DNA of 9,559 nt from Nanobdellota archaeon (GTDB taxonomy: Archaea; Nanobdellota; Nanobdellia; Nanobdellales; Nanobdellaceae), in contig JAIXNB010000031.1 of the NCBI GenBank assembly GCA_020697515.1, positions 1 to 9,559 on the forward strand, in the 5' to 3' direction. Each line of letters opens with the position of its first letter. Position 1 is the first letter of the stretch. The notes below the pieces were generated by a model. That model was given only the letters and a program-made list of their open reading frames with translations. It made no database searches and was not told the DNA's origin. The translations under genes and the position numbers were made by a program. Of this stretch, positions 1-6,410 are shown in pieces.

Positions 1-76
1 ATTATGCAAAAAGAAAGGGGTGGGTTAGACTAATCTGACATCCTTTCTATTCTAAAAGAATAGAAGCTCTCTATAT

Positions 77-118
77 GAGATAATTACTGTTATAATTGTC
101 CCATAGTTGAATTATCTC
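77..118. repeat. 42-nt imperfect hairpin / inverted repeat GAGATAATT...AATTATCTC
   Basis: A 9-bp perfect outer stem pairs 77-85 with 110-118. It extends by ACTGT/ATAGT (86-90 with 103-107, including one G-T pair) across a 2-nt bulge. Confidence 0.5.
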
Positions 119-199
119 CGGTTTGGTGTCATTAGCAAATCAGTCGACTCTCTTTAGTGGATTATAAAGAATTTATTACAAGGTAATAAATAATCTGTT

Positions 200-214
200 A
201 CGAGAGCCCCTCGT
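200..214. repeat. GC-rich hairpin ACGAG-AGCCC-CTCGT
   Basis: A 5-bp stem (200-204 with 210-214) closes a 5-nt loop. It directly abuts the next palindrome. Confidence 0.5.
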
Positions 215-215
215 C

Positions 216-232
216 ATGTCGTCAGACGACAT
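216..232. repeat. Perfect 17-nt palindrome ATGTCGTC-A-GACGACAT
   Basis: An 8+8 nt inverted repeat surrounds a central A. It contains half-sites TGTCGT (217-222) and ACGACA (226-231). Confidence 0.7.
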
Positions 233-244
233 CGCTATCTTCAT

Positions 245-264
245 TGTCGTTTAGTATAACGACA
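245..264. repeat. Inverted repeat TGTCGTT-TAGTAT-AACGACA
   Basis: A 7-bp stem (245-251 with 258-264) closes a 6-nt loop. The half-sites are the same hexamers as in 216-232. The repeat ends 7 nt before the lysK TATA box. Confidence 0.7.
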
Positions 265-270
265 CATTCT

Positions 271-280
271 ATTTTAAATA
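271..280 (+). promoter_or_regulatory. TATA-like box of lysK (leaderless geometry)
   Basis: ATTTTAAATA is centred about 26 nt upstream of ATG 301. Confidence 0.5.
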
Positions 281-300
281 TACTATCAACAAAAATAAAA

Positions 301-2109
301 ATGGATATTAATTGGAAGGGAATTTTTGAAAATTCAAACTTTTGGGCAGTTACAGTTGCAAAACAAGGAGTTGAGAGGGCTCAGAAGAAAAATAAAAATC
401 TAATTACTGTCAGATGTGCAAATACACCAACCGGAGTTTTACATATAGGTAATGCAAATGATGTTATCAGGGCGTATTTTGTAGCAAAATCTATAGAAGT
501 TTTAGGTTACAATGTTAGATTAGTTTTCACATCAGATGATAGGGATCCTATAAGAGGTTTCCCAAAGGTTATAGCTGATAAAGAAGGGAACCTTATAGAA
601 TTTCCGGAAGATATTAAGAAAGAGTTTGAAGCGAATTATGATGGATTCCCTGTATTTGCTATCCCAGATCCATTCAATTGTCATTCCTCTTGGTCAGAAC
701 ATTTTCTTTCTGTATATTTTAATGAACTAGGACAATTAGGTATTATAGATAGTATAAGGTTTGAATACTATTCCCCAAATGTTTTATATCATTCTGGAAA
801 ATGGTTACATCTTGTAAAAAAAGCCCTTGAGCAAAAAGATAAAATCAATCAAATTTATAGTAAGTTTAAACAGCATGTTAGAGAATATCCTTTTGCTGTT
901 ATATGTCAAAGCTGTGGAAAAATAGGAACAACTCATGTTATCTCTTACAACCCGGAAACAGATAATATACGATATATTTGTGGATCTAGACACCTCAAGA
1001 AAAAAACTGTAGAAGGTTGTGGATATGAAGGAGAAACTAATATTCGTTTTGGGAAAGTGGATTGGTATGTTGAATGGGCAATGGATTGGGCATACTTTGA
1101 AACAGACATAGAGCCTATGGGGAAAGATCATTATACATCTTCTTGGAGAATATCTCCTGTAATTGCTAGGGAAGTTTTTGGTGTGGAAGAACCAATTCCA
1201 GTTCCATACGAATTTTTCACAGTTGATGGTAAAAAGATGTCCGGCTCTAAAGGAAATTTATGGAATATTACAGAATTTTTAAAACTTGTTGAGCCAAAAG
1301 TGTTCTTATATCTATATACCAAAAGACCTATGGTTGAGAGAGATATTGACTTAAAGAACTTGTATCAGTTAGTTAATGAATTTGATGAGCTAGAAGCCAG
1401 GGTATACAAAACTTTGGAAAAAATAAAAAATGAAGAGATTTCTATTGAAGATTTAAAAGATGAAAAATTTGTTTCTGAAAAGAACTTGGCAAGTTTTGAA
1501 GATTTAACAGTATACTATCTAATCTCTCATGGTAGGATAGAAAATAAAAAACCAATAAGAATCCCATACAATTTTGCAGCTATGATAGGTCAATTAATTC
1601 TTCCAAAACAATTATTAGAAAAGACTAATGTTCCTTTAACTATATTACAAGAGAAAGATGAAAGGTTTGCAAAGGAAGAAATTGACAAAACTATTATGAG
1701 AATAAAAAATATTTTAATAAAAACTAAGCATATTGATGAAAATATATTAGATTATCATCTTCATAAAATCATTGATAGAATAAGAAAAGCTGGTTATTGG
1801 GCTATTAAATATGGTCCAGACTATATTAGAGTTGAGCTGAATAAAGAGATTGTTAATGTAAAACTATCTAAAGAGGAAAAAGAAACTATTAAAAAAATCA
1901 TTAACTTTTTAGAGAGTCTAGAGTACTTAGATATTGAAATATTACAAACAGAAATACACAATATTATTAAGAATCACACTAATCCAAAAATCTTTTATAA
2001 AAAGTTATATAGAATGCTCCTTAATAAAGATAGAGGGCCAAAGATTGGTAGTTTAATAGTTGCTGTAGGAAAAGAAAAAATATTAAACATTTTAAGACAG
2101 TATTTATAA
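301..2109 (+). CDS. lysK: Lysyl-tRNA synthetase, class I (archaeal type)
   Basis: Long ORF 244..2109. It carries class I aaRS signatures of the LysRS-I kind: HIGN (nt 442-453, in PTGVLHIGNANDVIRAY) and KMSGSKG (nt 1234-1254). It also has a Cys-rich insert, CQSCGK...YICGS...EGCGY. I place the start at ATG 301 (MDINWKG...) rather than the TTG at 244. TATA-like ATTTTAAATA (271-280) is centred about 26 nt upstream of 301, and the 244-300 extension runs through the upstream palindromes. Confidence 0.9.
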   Translation: MDINWKGIFENSNFWAVTVAKQGVERAQKKNKNLITVRCANTPTGVLHIGNANDVIRAYFVAKSIEVLGYNVRLVFTSDDRDPIRGFPKVIADKEGNLIEFPEDIKKEFEANYDGFPVFAIPDPFNCHSSWSEHFLSVYFNELGQLGIIDSIRFEYYSPNVLYHSGKWLHLVKKALEQKDKINQIYSKFKQHVREYPFAVICQSCGKIGTTHVISYNPETDNIRYICGSRHLKKKTVEGCGYEGETNIRFGKVDWYVEWAMDWAYFETDIEPMGKDHYTSSWRISPVIAREVFGVEEPIPVPYEFFTVDGKKMSGSKGNLWNITEFLKLVEPKVFLYLYTKRPMVERDIDLKNLYQLVNEFDELEARVYKTLEKIKNEEISIEDLKDEKFVSEKNLASFEDLTVYYLISHGRIENKKPIRIPYNFAAMIGQLILPKQLLEKTNVPLTILQEKDERFAKEEIDKTIMRIKNILIKTKHIDENILDYHLHKIIDRIRKAGYWAIKYGPDYIRVELNKEIVNVKLSKEEKETIKKIINFLESLEYLDIEILQTEIHNIIKNHTNPKIFYKKLYRMLLNKDRGPKIGSLIVAVGKEKILNILRQYL

Positions 2110-2122
2110 CTCAAAATTCTCA

Positions 2123-2128
2123 TTTTTT
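2123..2128 (+). terminator. Oligo-T terminator candidate after lysK
   Basis: A T6 run begins 14 nt after the lysK stop. Archaeal RNA polymerase terminates at oligo-T tracts. Confidence 0.4.
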
Positions 2129-2164
2129 GTTTAAAACTTTTAAAAGATGCGGATCAATCGAAAA

Positions 2165-2172
2165 ATTTTATT
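2165..2172 (+). promoter_or_regulatory. TATA-like box of the ThyX-family gene
   Basis: ATTTTATT is centred about 26 nt upstream of ATG 2194. An alternative TTTTAAAA sits at 2138-2145. Confidence 0.4.
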
Positions 2173-2193
2173 CATTTTTTTGTTTTGTGAAAA

Positions 2194-3714
2194 ATGGTTG
2201 AGATATTTCCTTTAAAAAATTATTTAACTGTAGAGCTCTTAGATCTTACTCCAGAATTACAAGATTATAGTGGAACTCTCAATGCAAAACCTTCAGAAGT
2301 TGTATATGCCGGTTCTAAAATAACGTTCTCTAGCAAATACGACAATCCTAAAGACATTTTACTTAAGAAGATTAAGGAGGGGGATAATAAAACTATTAAA
2401 ACATTCGTTTATGATGTGGTTAGCAGAGGATACGCATCTTTAGCAACTACTCCTATAGCCTATTTTTATTTAAAAGGATCAAGAATTCTAGATCTATTCT
2501 TAACAGCAGTTCCGTATACCTCTGCTCTAGTATTGTCCCAAAGGTACGTTCCTCCCAAATATATCCTTCTTCCTCCAGAACTAGAGAATCTACATGATAT
2601 AGATGCATTAGTGAAAGCCTTTGAGTTCTATGGGCAATTAACTGCAAACAACGTTCCGAGAGAAGTCGCTAGAAGAGTATTGCCTCTATCTTCAAACTCT
2701 GCAATGCTCCTTACTATACCTATAAATGTACTGGGAATACTCTACAAATATTTACAATTTTATTCAGACACAGTTCCATGGGAGATAAAAGAAACTGTCG
2801 ATAGAATGATCTCTTTAGTTAGAAAAGAAGACCCTACTATACTTGATGCTGTTCTCAATTCCCCCGAGTTTAATATTAATGTTACGGGGAGATCTCTATT
2901 TAAACCGCAAGATTCGATTGAATTTTCAAACCGTGAAGGAATAATCGGGGAATATTTGGACAAGCGTGCTTATACCCTAATAGAATCATATAGAAAAGAG
3001 CAAGAAAGGATATTCAAAAACCCTCCAGAGACTATCAAAGAAGCTGTGAAGAATTCTTGGAAGTTATCTAATATAGTTATCCCATACAGATCTTATTACA
3101 CTGTTATAATACAATGGTTAGTTTCTATTGCCATGTATAATGAACTTAAGAGACATAGAACAATAGAAATCAGAGTAGAAAGCATATATAGTGCCATAAA
3201 AAACACTCTAGAAGGGAGGCGAGATCTTTACATTCCAAATGTTATCGAAATAAATAAAAATTATTTAGAAAAGTATGTAAAATTGTCTCATGAAATGCTA
3301 TCTTTATATCAAAATTTGGTAAACCAAGGAATTCCCTCCTCGGAAGCAATTTATGTTATTCCTCATAATATTAAGGTTGGTGTAGAAGTAGTATTAACTT
3401 TGGATCAGTTACTAACTCCAAATCTTTTCTACGGCATAAGAAGTTGTATGACTGCAGAATTTGAGATGAGAGATAAAGTATGGGGTATCCCAAAAACTAT
3501 TTTGAGAGAAAGTAAATATCCAGCGTTTGCTAAGAAACTATACAATCTCTTAGTTTATAGGAATAGGGATTTAGAAGTTCCTTTATCCAAATGCAGAATT
3601 GGAATGTGTCCAGAACCTAAAGGAAGAAACTGTAGAATAATAAATCAGTTTATACCACAATACGATCACAAAAAATTTGAGGAGGAAAGAAAAAGCTATT
3701 TAAACCTTAGATAG
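2194..3714 (+). CDS. thyX: ThyX-family (flavin-dependent thymidylate synthase fold) protein with two tandem ThyX-like domains and a Cys-containing C-terminal tail
   Basis: 506-aa ORF. The N-half matches ThyX closely: VPREVARRVLPL, VPWEIKE, and FYLKGSRILDLFLTAVPYTSALVLSQRY aligned to the ThyX signature RHRxxSxxxxSxRY. The C-half (from about aa 290) is a second ThyX-like unit: NELKRHRTIEIRVESIY, GIPSSEAIYVIP, GIRSCMTAEFEMR. TATA-like ATTTTATT (2165-2172) is centred about 26 nt before ATG 2194. The fold assignment is solid. Catalytic competence is not established. Confidence 0.75.
   Translation: MVEIFPLKNYLTVELLDLTPELQDYSGTLNAKPSEVVYAGSKITFSSKYDNPKDILLKKIKEGDNKTIKTFVYDVVSRGYASLATTPIAYFYLKGSRILDLFLTAVPYTSALVLSQRYVPPKYILLPPELENLHDIDALVKAFEFYGQLTANNVPREVARRVLPLSSNSAMLLTIPINVLGILYKYLQFYSDTVPWEIKETVDRMISLVRKEDPTILDAVLNSPEFNINVTGRSLFKPQDSIEFSNREGIIGEYLDKRAYTLIESYRKEQERIFKNPPETIKEAVKNSWKLSNIVIPYRSYYTVIIQWLVSIAMYNELKRHRTIEIRVESIYSAIKNTLEGRRDLYIPNVIEINKNYLEKYVKLSHEMLSLYQNLVNQGIPSSEAIYVIPHNIKVGVEVVLTLDQLLTPNLFYGIRSCMTAEFEMRDKVWGIPKTILRESKYPAFAKKLYNLLVYRNRDLEVPLSKCRIGMCPEPKGRNCRIINQFIPQYDHKKFEEERKSYLNLR
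3690..3694 (-). terminator. Oligo-T terminator candidate after alaS (inside the ThyX-family coding sequence)
   Basis: An A5 run on the + strand gives T5 on the - strand directly after the alaS stop at 3696-3698. A second T6 lies at 3670-3675. Confidence 0.3.
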
Positions 3715-6308
3715 AATTTACCAACTTTTTTAGAATCTTTCTGCGGCTCAGAACTTAATATACCATCTTTAGTTTCGATATATAACTCATCAATAGTCTT
3801 CTGGATCTTCATTATTATTGGTATTAGTTCTTTTATAGATACTGTCTCCAATTTGATAAATAATCTTTTATCTTTTACATTACCAGTGATGAGTTCCTCC
3901 AATAGCCTAGTATATTTCTTTTGATATTCTTCTCGTTCCTTTATCGCTTTTTCTGCAACTTTAATAAGATGCTCTCTATTTGTGTTAAATATTTTCTCTA
4001 AGTTATTTATTATTTGATCGTTCTTCTGTGTTAGCTCTATAGCCTTTTTCCCTGCTACAAATTCGAATCTAATCATTCCATCTGCTATTCTCTCAACTTT
4101 TATTATTTTGAAGGGTCCTACTTCTATAGTATTATCCACATGTGTTCCCGAACATGCTTCTACATCTATTCCTTCTATTTCTACTATCCTTAGGTTTACT
4201 TCCGGTATTGCTCCTCCCTGATAGATTATGAATCCATATCTCTGTTCAGCTTCATTTCTCTTCATAGTAAATTTCTTTATTGGTAACATCGCTAGTATTA
4301 CCTTATTAACCTCTCTCTCTATTTCTAGAATCTCTTCTTTAGATGGTAATTTATGATGTGTAATATCTAATCTTGCTTTGTTTTCATCTTTTTCTGCCCC
4401 TGCTTGCCATACGTGCTTACCATATCTCTTTCTAAGTACTCCAGTTAAAATATGTGTTGCAGTGTGATGTCTAGCCAACGAATACCTTCTGTCTTTATCT
4501 ATTATCATTAAAACTTCTGTATTATTTTTCCAGTCTGGTATTCTATCTGCTTTATGTAGGATCACTTTTTCCTTTTCGTAAACTTCGTTAATGAAAACAT
4601 GACTTTTTTTTAGCAAGTTAGGATCCCTTTTGCACCCTTTAACATGCTTTAATATTTCCTTTAGAACATAGTTGGGAATATTTAGATTTTCTATAACGAA
4701 ATCTTTATCCAATTCTTGTAAAAGTTCTAAATTGAATATCCACCCTTTGTCATATTTTTGACCGCCTTTTAACGGGTAGAATATTGTACGATCAAATATT
4801 AGGTAGTTTCTTATACTCTTTAAGAATTTTGCACTATATTTATACATTTTCCAGTCTTCGTAAAATACCTTGTAAGTTTCTGGAAGCCTTCTAACATCTA
4901 CATCTAACTCTTTAGCTGTCTTAGTAACTTTAGATATTTTTCTATGCCCTTCTAGATATTTATAAAAGTCTCTTGGCGGTTCATACTCAGGATAAACTTC
5001 TTTTATTAACTCAATAGTTATACCATGTGAAGTATACAACTCGAAAAGTTTCCTTGAATCTAATTTTGTTATATTAATCTCTTTTAGAATCTTGCGAGCT
5101 TTTCTTTTTGTTTCCTCATATCTTTTTATTTCGTAATTAACTATATCTATTATTTCTGGTAAATTTTCTTTAAGTTCCTTCTCATACCAATCTTCTAAAA
5201 CCTTTTCAAAAACCTTCTCAATATCTTCTATTTGGGTGTATTTTGAAAGAAAATCATACATCCTTCTTAAAACTAACCTTAAATTATAACCACCTCCAAT
5301 GTTAGATGGGAGTGCACCATCTGATATAGATATTAGTAGCGTTCTGACGTGATCAGGTATAGCGTATATAGCCCCTAGAGTCAAAACAGTATCTTTTATA
5401 TTTATATCAAATCTTTTATTAAGCTCTTGTATAAATTCTTTTAAGGATTTTTTTTCGTAATCAAATTGAGACATATATGGCGTGATTTTTTGAGCAAGCT
5501 CCCAGTTTATTTCTTCTTTAAGGTTGTCCTTTAAAAATCTTATAGTGTTCGGAAATGTTATATCATAAGATGTAGATGTCCCATTTAAAAGCCATGATAT
5601 TCTCTCTTGCCCCATACCCATATCCAGCACCTTCAATTTTTGCAGGTCTATCCACACTCCATTTACAACCTTATATTGCATATAAACTTGATTTGCTATC
5701 TCTAATCCACGAATAAAAAATTCTATTGATGTACCAGCATTTCCCCCACCCTCCCATTTATCTTCATGGAAAACAAATTCATTTATACGAATTTTTAAGT
5801 TTAAAAACCATTCTAAAAGATCTTTAAAATACTCATTAATATTGTATTTTTCTGGTGGGACAAAAGCATGCTGCCCAATCATCACAAAACCGGTATAGTG
5901 TCTACCTGTAAATCCTACATTCCCTAAATCATTGAATCTTAAGCAAAATTGAGGGACAGTTAGTTTTTCAGAAGGCGGGTCTATATATCCTTCAACAACC
6001 CACGGTTGAAAATCTGCTATAGACGCTATTACAAATTCTAGATCATCTCTCCATCTTGCAACAACAGGATAGCGCTTTATAGGGATATAACCTCTCTTTT
6101 CTAGAAATTTGGAAAAGTCCCTCCAAACATTCTTGTATGAAATCCTCCTCCCTACCGGATTATTTATAAACGAATATTTCTCATGATCCGCACATACACC
6201 TCTATTTTCATTTAACGTCCAAAAGTATTTACCACATATCCTACATCTCTTTCTAATGAACCCAGATTCCTTCAAAGCATCAATAGGGTAGTGTTTGTTA
6301 AGATCCAT
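3696..6308 (-). CDS. alaS: Alanyl-tRNA synthetase (archaeal type, full length)
   Basis: 870-aa ORF. The N-terminus is archaeal AlaRS-like, with CRICGKYFW...CADH and the catalytic core (VARWRDDLEF, FCLRFNDLGNVG, GQHAF). The editing-domain metal motifs HHTATH and ACSGTH are both present, followed by a C-terminal domain. The ATG at 6308 lies 3 nt from the start site predicted from the TATA-like box at 6334-6341. Confidence 0.95.
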   Translation of the reverse strand: MDLNKHYPIDALKESGFIRKRCRICGKYFWTLNENRGVCADHEKYSFINNPVGRRISYKNVWRDFSKFLEKRGYIPIKRYPVVARWRDDLEFVIASIADFQPWVVEGYIDPPSEKLTVPQFCLRFNDLGNVGFTGRHYTGFVMIGQHAFVPPEKYNINEYFKDLLEWFLNLKIRINEFVFHEDKWEGGGNAGTSIEFFIRGLEIANQVYMQYKVVNGVWIDLQKLKVLDMGMGQERISWLLNGTSTSYDITFPNTIRFLKDNLKEEINWELAQKITPYMSQFDYEKKSLKEFIQELNKRFDINIKDTVLTLGAIYAIPDHVRTLLISISDGALPSNIGGGYNLRLVLRRMYDFLSKYTQIEDIEKVFEKVLEDWYEKELKENLPEIIDIVNYEIKRYEETKRKARKILKEINITKLDSRKLFELYTSHGITIELIKEVYPEYEPPRDFYKYLEGHRKISKVTKTAKELDVDVRRLPETYKVFYEDWKMYKYSAKFLKSIRNYLIFDRTIFYPLKGGQKYDKGWIFNLELLQELDKDFVIENLNIPNYVLKEILKHVKGCKRDPNLLKKSHVFINEVYEKEKVILHKADRIPDWKNNTEVLMIIDKDRRYSLARHHTATHILTGVLRKRYGKHVWQAGAEKDENKARLDITHHKLPSKEEILEIEREVNKVILAMLPIKKFTMKRNEAEQRYGFIIYQGGAIPEVNLRIVEIEGIDVEACSGTHVDNTIEVGPFKIIKVERIADGMIRFEFVAGKKAIELTQKNDQIINNLEKIFNTNREHLIKVAEKAIKEREEYQKKYTRLLEELITGNVKDKRLFIKLETVSIKELIPIIMKIQKTIDELYIETKDGILSSEPQKDSKKVGKFYLRFK
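3726..3731 (+). terminator. Oligo-T terminator candidate after the ThyX-family gene (inside the alaS coding sequence)
   Basis: A T6 run lies 12 nt after the stop at 3712-3714. Confidence 0.35.
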
Positions 6309-6329
6309 TTAGTAGAGTTATTACAAAAC

Positions 6330-6359
6330 CTGCTAATAAATATTCGATTTATTTAGCAG
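6330..6359. repeat. 30-nt imperfect palindrome over the alaS TATA box
   Basis: CTGCTAATAAAT-ATTCG-ATTTA(T)TTAGCAG forms 12 bp with one bulged T (6352). Confidence 0.6.
6334..6341 (-). promoter_or_regulatory. TATA-like box of alaS
   Basis: The - strand reads ATTTATTA. Its centre lies about 29 nt upstream of ATG 6308, and it sits inside the 6330-6359 palindrome. Confidence 0.45.
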
Positions 6360-6385
6360 ATCAAGGTTAAGTTAACTGATAAGGT

Positions 6386-6390
6386 AAAAA
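6386..6390 (-). terminator. Oligo-T terminator candidate after the coiled-coil gene
   Basis: An A5 run on the + strand gives T5 on the - strand about 21 nt after the stop at 6411-6413. Confidence 0.35.
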
Positions 6391-6410
6391 TTAGGATACT
6401 GAATAGAGGA

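Noticed and set aside
244-300. TTG-initiated 19-codon N-terminal extension of lysK, as listed in the ORF track
   Set aside because: The extension (MSFSITTHSILNILSTKIK) runs through the palindromes and the TATA-like box. ATG 301 sits at the leaderless position relative to that box and gives an N-terminus resembling other class I LysRS proteins.
1-300. tRNA, split-tRNA half or other stable structural RNA in the hairpin-rich region upstream of lysK
   Set aside because: There is no T-arm (GGTTCRAAT-like) or D-arm consensus and no cloverleaf can be drawn. Apart from 200-232 the region is AT-rich, unlike stable RNAs of AT-rich thermophile-like genomes. The hairpin loops do not mimic a tRNA-Lys anticodon loop.
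805-1322. Antisense ORFs 805..1131 and 1131..1322 (-) inside lysK
   Set aside because: They lie entirely within a confidently identified CDS on the opposite strand. Their composition is Phe/Ile/Ser/Cys-rich, unlike the K/E-rich proteome here. They are typical shadow ORFs.
2453-2963. Antisense ORFs 2453..2647 and 2760..2963 (-) inside the ThyX-family gene
   Set aside because: They are shadow ORFs opposite a CDS with clear family motifs. They show no promoter geometry and no recognisable motifs.
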